In this document: one piece after another, positions 24,901 through 39,240 of the stretch
Layout of the letters: every line of letters starts with the position of its first letter
Numbering within the stretch: the first letter of the stretch is position 1
Assembly (NCBI GenBank): GCA_964016885.1
Contig: OZ024741.1
Span: 247,690,001 to 247,754,000 of the forward strand
Source of the DNA: Eledone cirrhosa
Lineage: Eukaryota
Reading direction: 5' to 3'
DNA: 64,000 nucleotides
Translations under genes and position numbers: made by a program
Notes under the pieces: model-generated
Database searches by the model: none
Told to the model about the DNA's origin: nothing
The model's input: only the letters and a program-made list of their open reading frames with translations

Positions 24901-27499
24901 TCCCCTTGGACGGCTGGAAATTATCTCCCCTTGGACGGCTGGAAATTATCTCCCCTTGGAAGGATGGAAATTATCTCCCCTTGGACGGCTGGAAATTATC
25001 TACCCCTGATTTTTTTTACAAATTATCTCCCCCTGATTTTTTTTACAAATTATCTCCCCCTGATTTTTTTTACAAATTATCTACCCCTGATTTTTTTTAC
25101 AAATTATCTCCCCCTGATTTTTTTTACAAATTATCTCCCCCTGATTTTTTTTTTACAAATTATCTCCCCCTGATTTTTTTACAAATTATCTCCCCCTGAT
25201 TTTTTTTACAAATTATCTCCGCCTGATTTTTTTAAATATTATCTTCCCTTGGCTGGCTGGAAATTATCTCCCCTTGGACGGCTAGAAATTACCTCTCCTT
25301 GGACGGCTGGAAATTATCTCCCCTTGGACGGCTGGAAATTATCTCCCCTTGGACGGATAGATATTACCTCCCCTTGGACGGCTGGAAATTATCTCCCCTT
25401 GATTTTTTTACAAATTATCTCCCCCTGATTTATTTTACAAATCTCCCAATGATTTTTAAAAAAAAATTATCTCCCCTTCGCTGGCTGGAAATTATCTCCC
25501 CTTGGACGCTGGAAATTATCTCCCCTTGGACGGCTGAAAATTATCTCCCCTTGGACGGCTGGAAATTATCTCCCCTTGATTTTTTTTACAAATTATCTCC
25601 CCCTGATTTTTTTTTACAAATTATCTCCGCCTGATTTTTTTTACAAATTATCTCCCCCTGATTTTTTTTTACAAATTATCTCCCCCTGATTTTTTTACAA
25701 ATTATCTCCCCCTGATTTTTTTTACAAATTATCTCCGCCTGATTTTTTAAAATATTATCTTCCCTTGGCTGGCGGGAAATTATCTCCCCTTGGACGGCTG
25801 GAAATTATCTGCCCTTGATTTTCTTTTTACAAATTATCTTCCACTGATTTTTTTTACAAATTATCTCCACCTGATTTTTTAAAAAATTATCTCCCCTTGG
25901 ACGGCTGGAAATTATCTCCCCTTGGAAGGCTGGAAATTATCTCTCCTTGGACGGCTAGAATTTACCTCTCCTTGGACGGCTGAAAATTATCTCCCCTTGG
26001 ACGGCTGGAAATTATCTCCCCTTGATTTTTTTTACAAATTATCTCCCCCTGATTTTTTTTTACAAATTATCTCCCCCTGATTTTTTTTTACAAATTATCA
26101 CCCCCTGATTTTTTTTTACAAATTATCTCCCCCTGATTTTTTTTACAAATTATCTCCCCCTGATTTTTTTACAAATTATCTCCCCTTGGCTGGCTGGAAA
26201 TTATCTCCCCTTGGAGGCTGGAACTTATCTCCCCTTGGACGGCTAGAAATTACCTCTCCTTGGACGGCTGGAAAATATGTCTCCTTGGACGGCTGGATAT
26301 TATCTCCCCTTGGACGGCTGGAAATTATCTCCCCTTGGACGGCTGGAAATTATCTCCCCTTGGATGGCTAGATATTACCTCCCCTTGGACGGCTGGAAAT
26401 TATCTCCCCTTGATTTTTTTACAAATTATCTCCCCCTGATTTTTTTTTACAAATTATCTCCCCCTGATTTTTTTTTACAAATTATCTCCCCCTGATTTTT
26501 TTTTACAAATTATCTACCCCTGATTTTTTTTACAAATTATCTCCCCCTGATTTTTTTTACAAATTATCTCCCCCTGATTTTTTTTTTACAAATTATCTCC
26601 CCCTGATTTTTTTACAAATTATCTCCCCTTGATTTTTTTTTACAACTTATCTGCGCCTGATTTTTTTTTAAAAATTATCTCCCCTTGGACGGCTGGAAAT
26701 TATCTCCCCTTGGACGGCTGGAAATTATCTCTCCTTGGACGGCTAGAATTTACCTCTCCTTGGACGGCTGAAAATTATCTCCCCTTGGACGGCTGGGAAT
26801 TATCTCCCCTTGATTTTTTTTACAAATTATCTCCCCCTGATTTTTTTTTACAAATTATCTCCCCCTGATTTTTTTTTACAAATTATCTCCCCCTGATTTT
26901 TTTACAAATTATCTCCCCTTGGCTGGCTGGAAATTATCTCCCCTTGGAGCCTGGAACTTATGTCCCCTTGGACGGCTAGAAATTACCTCTCCTTGGACGG
27001 CTGGAAAATATGTCTCCTTGGACGGCTGGATATTATCTCCCCTTGGACGGCTGGAAATTATCTCCCCTTGGACGGCTGGAAATTATCTCCCCTTGGATGG
27101 CTAGATATTACCTCCCCTTGGACGGCTGGAAATTATCTCCCCTTGATTTTTTTTACAAATTATCTCCCCCTGATTTTTTTTTACAAATTATCTCCCCCTG
27201 ATTTTTTTTTACAAATTATCTCCCCCTGATTTTTGTTTACAAATTATCTCCGCCTATTTTTTTTAAAAAATTATCTCCCCTTGGACGGCTGGAAATTATC
27301 TCCCCTTGGACGGCTAGAAATTACCTCTCCTTGGACGGCTGAAAATTATCTCCCCTTGGACGGCTGGAAATTATCTCCCCTTGATTTTTTTACAAATTAT
27401 CTCCCCCTGATTTTTTTTTTACAAATTATCTCCCCCTGATTTTTTTTTTACAAATTATCTCCCCCTGATTTTTTTACAAATTATCTCCCCCTAATTTTT

Positions 27500-30400
27500 T
27501 TTACAAATTATCTCCGCCTGATTTTTTTAAATATTATCTCTCCTTGGCTGGCGGGAAATTATCTCACCTTGGACGGCTGGAAATTATCTCCCCTTGGAAG
27601 AATGGAAATTATCTCCCCTTGGACGGCTGGAAATTATCTACCCCTGATTTTTTTTACAAATTATCTCCCCCTGATTTTTTTTACAAATTATCTCCCCCTG
27701 ATTTTTTTTTACAAATTATCTACCCCTGATTTTTTTTACAAATTATCTCCCCCTGATTTTTTTTACAAATTATCTCCCCCTGATTTTTTTTTACAAATTA
27801 TCTACCCCTGATTTTTTTTACAAATTATCTCCCCCTGATTTTTTTTTACAAATTATCTCCCCCTGATTTTTTTACAAATTATCTCCCCCTGATTTTTTTT
27901 ACAATCTCCGCCTGATTTTTTTAAAAATTATCTTCTCTTGGCTGGCTGGAAATTATCTCCCCTTGGACACTGGAAATTATAGCCACTTGGAGGGCTGGAA
28001 ATTATCTTCCCTTGGACGGCTGGAAATTATCTCCCCTTGATTTTTTTTACAAATTATCTCCGCCTGATTTTTTTTTACAAATTATCTCCCCCTGATTTTT
28101 TTTACAAATTATCTACCCCTGATTTTTTTTTACAAATTATCTCCCCCTGATTTTTTTTACAAATTATCTCCCCCTGATTTCTCTTTTACAAATTATCTCC
28201 CCCTGATTTTTTTACAAATTATCTCCCCCTGATTTTTTTTACAAATTATCTCCGCCTGATTTTTTTAAATATTATCTTCCCTTGGCTGGCGGGAAATTAT
28301 CTCCCCTTGGACGGCTGGAAATTATCTACCCTTGATTTTCTTTTTACAAATTATCTTCCACTGATTTTTTTTACAAATTATCTCCACCTGATTTTTTAAA
28401 AAATTATCTCCCCTTGGAAGGCTGGAAATTATCTCCCCTTGGCTGGAAATTATCTCCCCTTTGACGGCTAGAAATTATCTCTCTTTGGACGGCTGGAAAT
28501 TATCACCCCTTGAGTTTTTTACAAATTATCTCCCCCTGATTTTTTTACAAATTATCTCCCCCTGATTTTTTTTACAAATTATCTCCGCCTGATTTTTTTA
28601 AATATTATCTTCCCTTGGCTGGCGGGAAATTATCTCCCCTTGGACGGCTGAAAATTATCTCCCCTTGGACGGCTGGAAATTATCTCCCCTTGATTTTTTT
28701 TACAAATTATCTCCCCCTGATTTTTTTTTACAAATTATCTCCCCCTGATTTTTTTACAAATTATCTCCCCCTGATTTTTTTTTACAAATTATCTCCCCCT
28801 GATTTTTTTTACAAATTATCTCCCTCTGATTTTTTTACAAATTATCTCCCCTTGGCTGGCTGGAAATTATCTCCCCTTGGACGGCTAGAAATTACCTCTC
28901 CTTGGACGGCTGGAAAATATGTCTCCTTGGACGGCTGGATATTATCTCCCCTTGGACGGCTGGAAATTATCTCCCCTTGGACGGCTGGAAATTATCTCCC
29001 CTTGGACGGATATATATTACCTCCCCTTGGACGGCTGGAAATTATCTCCCCTTGATTTTTTTACAAATTATCTCCCCCTGATTTATTTTACAAATCTCCC
29101 AATGATTTTTAAAAAAAAATTATCTCCCCTTCGCTGGCTGGAAATTATCTCCCCTTGGACGCTGGAAATTATAGCCCCTTGGAGGGCTGGAAATTATCTT
29201 CCCTTGGACGGCTGGAAATTATCTCCCCTTGATTTTTTTTACAAATTATCTCCCCCTGATTTTTTTTACAAATTATCTCCCCCTGATTTTTTTTACAAAT
29301 TATCTACCCCTGATTTTTTTTACAAATTATCTCCCCCTGATTTTTTTTTACAAATTATCTCCCCCTGATTTTTTTTTACAAATTATCTCCCCCTGATTTT
29401 TTTACAAATTATCTCCCCCTGATTTTTTTTACAATCTCCGCCTGATTTTTTTAAAAATTATCTTCTCTTGGCTGGCTGGAAATTATCTCCCCTTGGACAC
29501 TGGAAATTATAGCCACTTGGAGGGCTGGAAATTATCTTCCCTTGGACGGCTGGAAATTATCACCCCTTGATTTTTTTTACAAATTATCTCCGCCTGATTT
29601 TTTTTTACAAATTATCTCCCCCTGATTTTTTTTTACAAATTATCTAACCCTGATTTTTTTTTACAAATTATCTCCCCCTGATTTTTTTTACAAATTATCT
29701 CCCCCTGATTTCTCTTTTACAAATTATCTCCCCCTGATTTTTTTACAAATTATCTCCCCCTGATTTTTTTTACAAATTATCTCCGCCTGATTTTTTTAAA
29801 TATTATCTTCCCTTGGCTGGCGGGAAATTATCTCCCCTTGGACGGCTGGAAATTATCTACCCTTGATTTTCTTTTTACAAATTATCTTCCACTGATTTTT
29901 TTTACAAATTATCTCCACCTGATTTTTTAAAAAATTATCTCCCCTTGGAAGGCTGGAAATTATCTCCCCTTGGCTGGAAATTATCTCCCCTTGGACGGCT
30001 AGAAATTATCTCTCTTTGGACGGCTGGAAATTATCACCCCTTGAGCTTTTTACAAATTATCTCCCCCTGATTTTTTTTACAAATCTCCCTGTGATTTTTT
30101 AAAAAAAATTATCTCCCCTTCGCTGGCTGGAAATTATCTCCCCTTGGACGCTGGAAATTATAGCCCCTTGGAGGGCTGGAAATTATCTTCCCTTGGACGG
30201 CTGGAAATTATCTCCCCTTGATTTTTTTTTACAAATTATCTCCCCCTGATTTTTTTTACAACTTATCTGCGCCTGATTTTTTTTTTAAAATTATCTCCCC
30301 TTGGACGGCTGGAAATTATCTCCCCTTGGACGGCTGGAAATTATCTCTCCTTGGACGGCTAGAATTTACCTCTCCTTTGACGGCTGAAAATTATCTCCCC

Positions 30401-31535
30401 TTGGACGGCTGGAAATTATCTCCCCTTGATTTTTTTTACAAATTATCTCCCCCTGATTTTTTTTTACAAATTATCTCCCCCTGATTTTTTTTTACAAATT
30501 ATCTCCCCCTGATTTTTTTTTACAAATTATCTACCCCTGATTTTTTTTTACAAATTATCTCCCCTTGGCTGGCTGGAAATTATCTCCCCTTGGAGGCTGG
30601 AACTTATCTCCCCTTGGACGGCTAGAAATTACCTCTCCTTGGACGGCTGGAAAATATGTCTCCTTGGACGGCTGGATATTATCTCCCCTTGGACGGCTGG
30701 AAATTATCTCCCCTTGGACGGCTGAAAATTATCTCCCCTTGATTTTTTTTACAAATTATCTCCCCCTGATTTTTTTTTACAAATTATCTCCCCCTGATTT
30801 TTGTTTACAAATTATCTCCGCCTGATTTTTTAAAAAAATTATCTCTCCTTGGACGGCTGGAAATTATCTCCCCTTGGACGGATAGAAATTACCTCTCCTT
30901 GGACGGCTGAAAATTATCTCCCCTTTGACGGCTGGAAATTATCTCCCCTTGATTTTTTTACAAATTATCTCCCCCTGATTTTTTTTTTACAAATTATCTC
31001 CCCCTGATTTTTTTTTACAAATTATCTACCCCTGATTTTTTTTTACAAATTATCTCCCCCTGATTTTTTTTACAAATTATCTCCCCCTGATTTTTTTTTA
31101 CAAATTATCTCCCCCTGATTTTTTTACAAATTATCTCTCCCTGATTTTTTTTACAAATTATCTCCGCCTGATTTTTTTAAATATTATCTCTCCTTGGCTG
31201 GCGGGAAATTATCTCCCCTTGGACGGCTGGAAATTATCTCCCCTTGGAAGGATGGAAATTATCTCCCCTTGGACGGCTGGAAATTATCTACCCCTGATTT
31301 TTTTTACAAATTATCTCCCCCTGATTTTTTTTACAAATTATCTCCCCCTGATTTTTTTTACAAATTATCTACCCCTGATTTTTTTTACAAATTATCTCCC
31401 CCTGATTTTTTTTACAAATTATCTCCCCCTGATTTTTTTTTTACAAATTATCTCACCCTGATTTTTTTACAAATTATCTCCCCCTGATTTTTTTTACAAA
31501 TTATCTCCGCCTGATTTTTTTAAATATTATCTTCC
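27500..31535 (+). repeat. Dispersed copy of ~1980-6040 (offset ~25.5 kb)
   Basis: Pseudo-ORF offsets: 2020/27544, 3092/28615 and 3396/28919 (25523-25524); 5069/30565 and 5698/31194 (25496). Shared variants include ATAGCCAC, CTAACCC, GAGCTTTT and CCCTGTG. Confidence 0.88.
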
Positions 31536-32879
31536 CTTGGCTGGCGGGAAATTATCTCCCCTTGAAGGGCTGAAAATTATCTCCCCTTGGACGGCTGGAA
31601 ATTATCTCCCCTTGATTTTTTTTACAAATTATCTCCCCCTGATTTTTTTTTACAAATTATCTCCCCCTGATTTTTTTTACAAATTATCTCCCCCTGATTT
31701 TTTTTTACAAATTATCTGCCGCTGATTTTTTTTACAAATTATCTCCCCCTGATTTTTTTACAAATTATCTCCCCTTGGCTGGCTGGAAATTACCTCCCCT
31801 TGGAGGCTGGAATTTATCTCCCCTTGGACGGCTAGAAATTACCTCTCCTTGGACGGCTGGAAAATATGTCTCCTTGGACGGCTGGATATTATCTCCCCTT
31901 GGACGGCTGGAAATTATCTCCCCTTGGACGGCTGGAAATTATCTCCCCTTGGACGGATAGATATTACCTCCCCTTGGACGGCTGGAAATTATCTCCCCTT
32001 GGACGGCTGGAAATTATCTCCCCATGGACGGCTGGAAATTATCTCCCCTTGGACGGCTAGAAATTATCTCTCCTTGGACGGCTGAAAATTATCTCCCCTT
32101 GGACGGCTGGAAATTATCTCCCGTTGGACGGCTGGAAATTATCTCGCCTTGGACGGCTAGAATTTACCTCTCCTTGGACGGCTGAAAATTATCTCCCCTT
32201 GGACGGCTGGAAATTATCTCCCCTTGATTTTTTTTACAAATTATCTCCCCCTGATTTTTTTTTACAAATTATCTCCCCCTGATTTTTTTTTACAAATTAT
32301 CTCCCCCTGATTTTTTTTTACAAATTATCTCCCCCTGATTTTTTTTACAAATTATCTCCCCCCTGATTTTTTAACAAATTATCTCCCCTTGGCTGGCTGG
32401 AAATTATCTCCCCTTGGAGGCTGGAACTTATCTCCCCTTGGACGGCTAGAAATTACCTCTCCTTGGACGGCTGGAAAATATGTCTCCTTGGACGGCTGGA
32501 TATTATCTCCCCTTGGACGGCTGGAAATTATCTCCCCTTGGACGGCTGGAAATTATCTCCCCTTGGATGGCTAGATATTACCTCCCCTTGGACGGCTGGA
32601 AATTATCTCCCTTTGATTTTTTTTACAAATTATCTCCCCCTGATGTTTTTTTACAAATTATCTCCCCCTGATTTTTTTTTACAAATTATCTACCCCTGAT
32701 TTTTTTTTACAAATTATCTCCCCCTGATTTTTTTTACAAATTATCTCCCCCTGATTTTTTTTTACAAATTATCTCCCCCTGATTTTTTTACAAATTATCT
32801 CCCCCTGATTTTTTTTACAAATTATCTCCGCCTGATTTTTTAAAATATTATCTTCCCTTGGCTGGCGGGAAATTATCTC

Positions 32880-34310
32880 CCCTTGGACGGCTGGAAATTA
32901 TCTCCCCTTGGAAGGCTGGAAATTATCTCTCCTTGGACGGCTAGAATTTACCTCTCCTTGGACGGCTGAAAATTATCTCCCCTTGGACGGCTGGAAATTA
33001 TCTCCCCTTGATTTTTTTTACAAATTATCTCCCCCTGATTTTTTTTTACAAATTATCTCCCCCTGATTTTTTTTTACAAATTATCACCCCCTGATTTTTT
33101 TTTACAAATTATCTCCCCCTGATTTTTTTTACAAATTATCTCCCCCTGATTTTTTTACAAATTATCTCCCCTTGGCTGGCTGGAAATTATCTCCCCTTGG
33201 AGGCTGGAACTTATCTCCCCTTGGACGGCTAGAAATTACCTCTCCTTGGACGGCTGGAAAATATGTCTCCTTGGAAGGCTGGATATTATCTCCCCTTGGA
33301 CGGCTGGAAATTATCTCCCCTTGGACGGCTGGAAATTATCTCCCCTTGGATGGCTAGATATTACCTCCCCTTGGACGGCTGGAAATTATCTCCCCTTGAT
33401 TTTTTTACAAATTATCTCCCCCTGATTTTTTTTTACAAATTATCTCCCCCTGATTTTTTTTTACAAATTATCTCCCCCTGATTTTTTTTTACAAATTATC
33501 TACCCCTGATTTTTTTTACAAATTATCTCCCCCTGATTTTTTTTACAAATTATCTCCCCCTGATTTTTTTTTACAAATTATCTCCCCCTGATTTTTTTAC
33601 AAATTATCTCCCCTTGATTTTTTTTTACAACTTATCTGCGCCTGATTTTTTTTAAAAAATTATCTCCCCTTGGACGGCTGGAAATTATCTCCCCTTGGAC
33701 GGCTGGGAATTATCTCCCCTTGATTTTTTTTACAAATTATCTCCCCCTGATTTTTTTTTACAAATTATCTCCCCCTGATTTTTTTTTACAAATTATCTCC
33801 CCCTGATTTTTTTACAAATTATCTCCCCTTGGCTGGCTGGAAATTATCTCCCCTTGGAGCCTGGAACTTATGTCCCCTTGGACGGCTAGAAATTACCTCT
33901 CCTTGGACGGCTGGAAAATATGTCTCCTTGGACGGCTGGATATTATCTCCCCTTGGACGGCTGGAAATTATCTCCCCTTGGACGGCTGGAAATTATCTCC
34001 CCTTGGATGGCTAGATATTACCTCCCCTTGGACGGCTGGAAATTATCTCCCCTTGATTTTTTTTACAAATTATCTCCCCCTGATTTTTTTTTACAAATTA
34101 TCTCCCCCTGATTTTTTTTTACAAATTATCTCCCCCTGATTTTTGTTTACAAATTATCTCCGCCTATTTTTTTTAAAAAATTATCTCCCCTTGGACGGCT
34201 GGAAATTATCTCCCCTTGGACGGCTAGAAATTACCTCTCCTTGGACGGCTGAAAATTATCTCCCCTTGGACGGCTGGAAATTATCTCCCCTTGATTTTTT
34301 TACAAATTAT
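32880..34310 (+). repeat. Dispersed copy of ~25900-27400 (offset ~6.9-7.0 kb)
   Basis: Offsets: 26186/33172 (6986); 26919/33829 and 27233/34143 (6910). Shared variants GGAGCCTGG, GGCTGGGAATT and CCGCCTATTT. Confidence 0.85.
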
Positions 34311-34329
34311 CTCCCCCTGATTTTTTTTT

Positions 34330-37300
34330 ACAAATTATCTCCCCCTGATTTTTTTTACAAATTATCTCCCCCTGATTTTTTTTTACAAATTATCTGCCGC
34401 TGATTTTTTTTACAAATTATCTCCCCCTGATTTTTTTACAAATTATCTCCCCTTGGCTGGCTGGAAATTACCTCCCCTTGGAGGCTGGAATTTATCTCCC
34501 CTTGGACGGCTAGAAATTACCTCTCCTTGGACGGCTGGAAAATATGTCTCCTTGGACGGCTGGATATTATCTCCCCTTGGACGGCTGGAAATTATCTCCC
34601 CTTGGACGGCTGGAAATTATCTCCCCTTGGACGGATAGATATTACCTCCCCTTGGACGGCTGGAAATTATCTCCCCTTGGACGGCTGGAAATTATCTCCC
34701 CATGGACGGCTGGAAATTATCTCCCCTTGGACGGCTAGAAATTATCTCTCCTTGGACGGCTGAAAATTATCTCCCCTTGGACGGCTGGAAATTATCTCCC
34801 GTTGGACGGCTGGAAATTATCTCGCCTTGGACGGCTAGAATTTACCTCTCCTTGGACGGCTGAAAATTATCTCCCCTTGGACGGCTGGAAATTATCTCCC
34901 CTTGATTTTTTTTACAAATTATCTCCCCCTGATTTTTTTTTACAAATTATCTCCCCCTGATTTTTTTTTACAAATTATCTCCCCCTGATTTTTTTTTACA
35001 AATTATCTCCCCCTGATTTTTTTTACAAATTATCTCCCCCCTGATTTTTTAACAAATTATCTCCCCTTGGCTGGCTGGAAATTATCTCCCCTTGGAGGCT
35101 GGAACTTATCTCCCCTTGGACGGCTAGAAATTACCTCTCCTTGGACGGCTGGAAAATATGTCTCCTTGGACGGCTGGATATTATCTCCCCTTGGACGGCT
35201 GGAAATTATCTCCCCTTGGACGGCTGGAAATTATCTCCCCTTGGATGGCTAGATATTACCTCCCCTTGGACGGCTGGAAATTATCTCCCTTTGATTTTTT
35301 TTACAAATTATCTCCCCCTGATTTTTTTTTACAAATTATCTCCCCCTGATTTTTTTTTACAAATTATCTACCCCTGATTTTTTTTTACAAATTATCTCCC
35401 CCTGATTTTTTTTACAAATTATCTCCCCCTGATTTTTTTTTACAAATTATCTCCCCCTGATTTTTTTACAAATTATCTCCCCCTGATTTTTTTTACAAAT
35501 TATCTCCGCCTGATTTTTTTAAATATTATCTCTCCTTGGCTGGCGGGAAATTATCTCCCCTTGGACGGCTGGAAATTATCTCCCCTTGGAAGGATGGAAA
35601 TTATCTCCCCTTGGACGGCTGGAAATTATCTACCCCTGATTTTTTTTACAAATTATCTCCCCCTGATTTTTTTTACAAATTATCTCCCCCTGATTTTTTT
35701 TACAAATTATCTACCCCTGATTTTTTTACAAATTATCTCCCCCTGATTTTTTTTACAAATTATCTCCCCCTGATTTTTTTTTTACAAATTATCTCACCCT
35801 GATTTTTTTACAAATTATCTCCCCCTGATTTTTTTTACAAATTATCTCCGCCTGATTTTTTTAAATATTATCTTCCCTTGGCTGGCGAGAAATTATCTCC
35901 CCTTGAAGGGCTGAAAATTATCTCCCCTTGGACGGCTGGAAATTATCTCCCCTTGATTTTTTTTACAAATTATCTCCCCCTGATTTTTTTTTAGAAATTA
36001 TCTCCCCCTGATTTTTTTTACAAATTATCTCCCCCTGATTTTTTTTTACAAATTATCTGCCGCTGATTTTTTTTACAAATTATCTCCCCCTGATTTTTTT
36101 ACAAATTATCTCCCCTTGGCTGGCTGGAAATTACCTCCCCTTGGAGGCTGGAATTTATCTCCCCTTGGACGGCTAGAAATTACCTCTCCTTGGACGGCTG
36201 GAAAATATGTCTCCTTGGACGGCTGGATATTATCTCCCCTTGGACGGCTGGAAATTATCTCCCCTTGGACGGCTGGAAATTATCTCCCCTTGGACGGATA
36301 GATATTACCTCCCCTTGGACGGCTGGAAATTATCTCCCCTTGGACGGCTGGAAATTATCTCCCCATGGACGGCTGGAAATTATCTCCCCTTGGACGGCTA
36401 GAAATTATCTCTCCTTGGACGGGTGAAAATTATCTCCCCTTGGACGGCTGGAAATTATCTCCCGTTGGACGGCTGGAAATTATCTCGCCTTGGACGGCTA
36501 GAATTTACCTCTCCTTGGACGGCTGAAAATTATCTCCCCTTGGACGGCTGGAAATTATCTCCCCTTGATTTTTTTTACAAATTATCTCCCCCTGATTTTT
36601 TTTTACAAATTATCTCCCCCTGATTTTTTTTTAGAAATTATCTCCCCCTGATTTTTTTTTACAAATTATCTCCCCCTGATTTTTTTTACAAATTATCTCC
36701 CCCCTGATTTTTTAACAAATTATCTCCCCTTGGCTGGCTGGAAATTATCTCCCCTTGGAGGCTGGAACTTATCTCCCCTTGGACGGCTAGAAATTACCTC
36801 TCCTTGGACGGCTGGAAAATATGTCTCCTTGGACGGCTGGATATTATCTCCCCTTGGACGGCTGGAAATTATCTCCCCTTGGACGGCTGGAAATTATCTC
36901 CCCTTGGATGGCTAGATATTACCTCCCCTTGGACGGCTGGAAATTATCTCCCTTTGATTTTTTTTACAAATTATCTCCCCCTGATTTTTTTTACAAATTA
37001 TCTCCCCCTGATTTTTTTTTACAAATTATCTCCCCCTGATTTTTGTTTACAAATTATCTCCGCCTGATTTTTTTTTTAAAATTATCTCCCCTTGGACGGC
37101 TGGAAATTATCTCCCCTTGGACGGCTAGAAATTACCTCTCCTTGGACGGCTGAAAATTATCTCCCCTTGGACGGCTGGAAATTATCTCCCCTTGATTTTT
37201 TTACAAATTATCTCCCTCTGATTTTTTTTTTACAAATTATCTCCCCCTGATTTTTTTTTACAAATTATCTACCCCTGATTTTTTTTTACAAATTATCTCC

Positions 37301-39240
37301 CCCTGATTTTTTTTACAAATTATCTCCCCCTGATTTTTTTTTACAAATTATCTCCCCCTGATTTTTTTACAAATTATCTCCCCCTGATTTTTTTTACAAA
37401 TTATCTCCGCCTGATTTTTTTAAATATTATCTCTCCTTGGCTGGCGGGAAATTATCTCCCCTTGGACGGCTGGAAATTATCTCCCCTTGGAAGGATGGAA
37501 ATTATCTCCCCTTGGACGGCTAGAAATTATCTCTCTTTGGACGGCTGGAAATTATCACCCCTTGAGTTTTTTACAAATTATCTCCCCCTGATTTTTTTTA
37601 CAAATCTCCCAGTGATTTTTAAAAAAAAATTATCTCCCCTTCGCTGGCTGGAAATTATCTCCCCTTGGACGCTGGAAATTATAGCCCCTTGGAGGGCTTG
37701 AAATTATCTTCCCTTGGACGGCTGGAAATTATCTCCCCTTGATTTTTTTTTACAAATTATCTCCCCCTGATTTTTTTTTACAAATTATCTCCCCCTGATT
37801 TTTTTTTACAACTTATCTGCGCCTGATTTTTTTAAAAAAATTATCTCCCCTTGGACGGCTGGAAATTATCTCCCCTTGGACGGCTGGAAATTATCTCTCC
37901 TTGGACGGCTAGAATTTACCTCTCCTTGGACGGCTGAAAATTATCTCCCCTTGGACGGCTGGAAATTATCTCCCCTTGATTTTTTTTTTACAAATTATCT
38001 CCCCCTGATTTTTTTTTACGAATTATCTCCCCCTGATTTTTTTTACAAATTATCTCCCCCTGATTTTTTTTTACAAATTATCTCCCCCTGATTTTTTTTA
38101 CAAATTATCTCCCTCTGATTTTTTTACAAATTATCTCCCCTTGGCTGGCTGGAAATTATCTCCCCTAGGAGGCTGGAACTTATCTCCCCTTGGACGGCTA
38201 GAAATTACCTCTCTTTGGACGGCTGGAAAATATGTCTCCTTGGACGGCTGGATATTATCTCCCCTTGGACGGCTGGAAATTATCTCCCCTTGGACGGCTG
38301 GAAATTATCTCCCCTTGGATGGCTAGATATTACCTCCCCTTGGACGGCTGGAAATTATCTCCCCTTGATTTTCTTTTACAAATTATCTCCCCCTGATTTT
38401 TTTTTACAAATTATCTCCCCCGATTTTTTTTTACAAATTATCTCTCCCTGATTTTTTTTTACAAATTATCTCCCCCTGATTTTTGTTTACAAATTATCTC
38501 CCCTTGGACGGCTGGAAATTATCTCCCCTTGGACGGCTAGAAATTACCTCTCCTTGGACGGCTGAAAATTATCCTCCCTTGGACGGCTGGAAATTATCTC
38601 CCCTTGATTTTTTTACAAATTATCTCCCCCTGATTTTTTTTTTACAAATTATCTCACCCTGATTTTTTTTACAAATTATCTACCCCTGATTTTTTTTACA
38701 AATTATCTCCCCCTGATTTTTTTTACAAATTATCTCCCACTGATTTTTTTTTTACAAATTATCTCCCCCTGATTTTTTTACAAATTATCTCCCCCTGATT
38801 TTTTTTACAAATTATATCCGCCTGATTTTTTTAAATATTATCTCTCCTTGGCTGGCGGGAAATTATCTCCCCTTGGACGGCTGGAAATTATCTCCCCTTG
38901 GAAGGATGGAAATTATCTCCCCTTGGACGGCTGGAAATTATCTACCCCTGATTTTTTTTACAAATTATCTCCCCCTGATTTTTTTTACAAATTATCTCCC
39001 CCTGATTTTTTTTTTACAAATTATCTCCCCCTGATTTTTTTACAAATTATCTCCCCCTGATTTTTTTTACAAATTATCTCCGCCTGATTTTTTAAAATAT
39101 TATCTTACCTTGGCTGGCGGGAAATTATCTCCCCTTGGACGGCTGAAAATTATCTCCCCTTGGACGGCTGGAAATTATCTCCCCTTGATTTTTTTTACAA
39201 ATTATCTCCCCCTGATTTTTTTTTACAAATTATCTCCCCC
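34330..39240 (+). repeat. Dispersed copy of ~6000-10780 (offset ~28.4 kb), including an internal 1.66-kb tandem
   Basis: Offsets: 7680/36116 (28436), 9027/37462 (28435), 9678/38141 and 10385/38848 (28463). Internal offset 34453/36116 and 35067/36730 = 1663. Shared variants GGGTGA, GGGCTTGAAA, CCTAGG, ATCCTCCC and ATATCCGCC. Confidence 0.88.
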
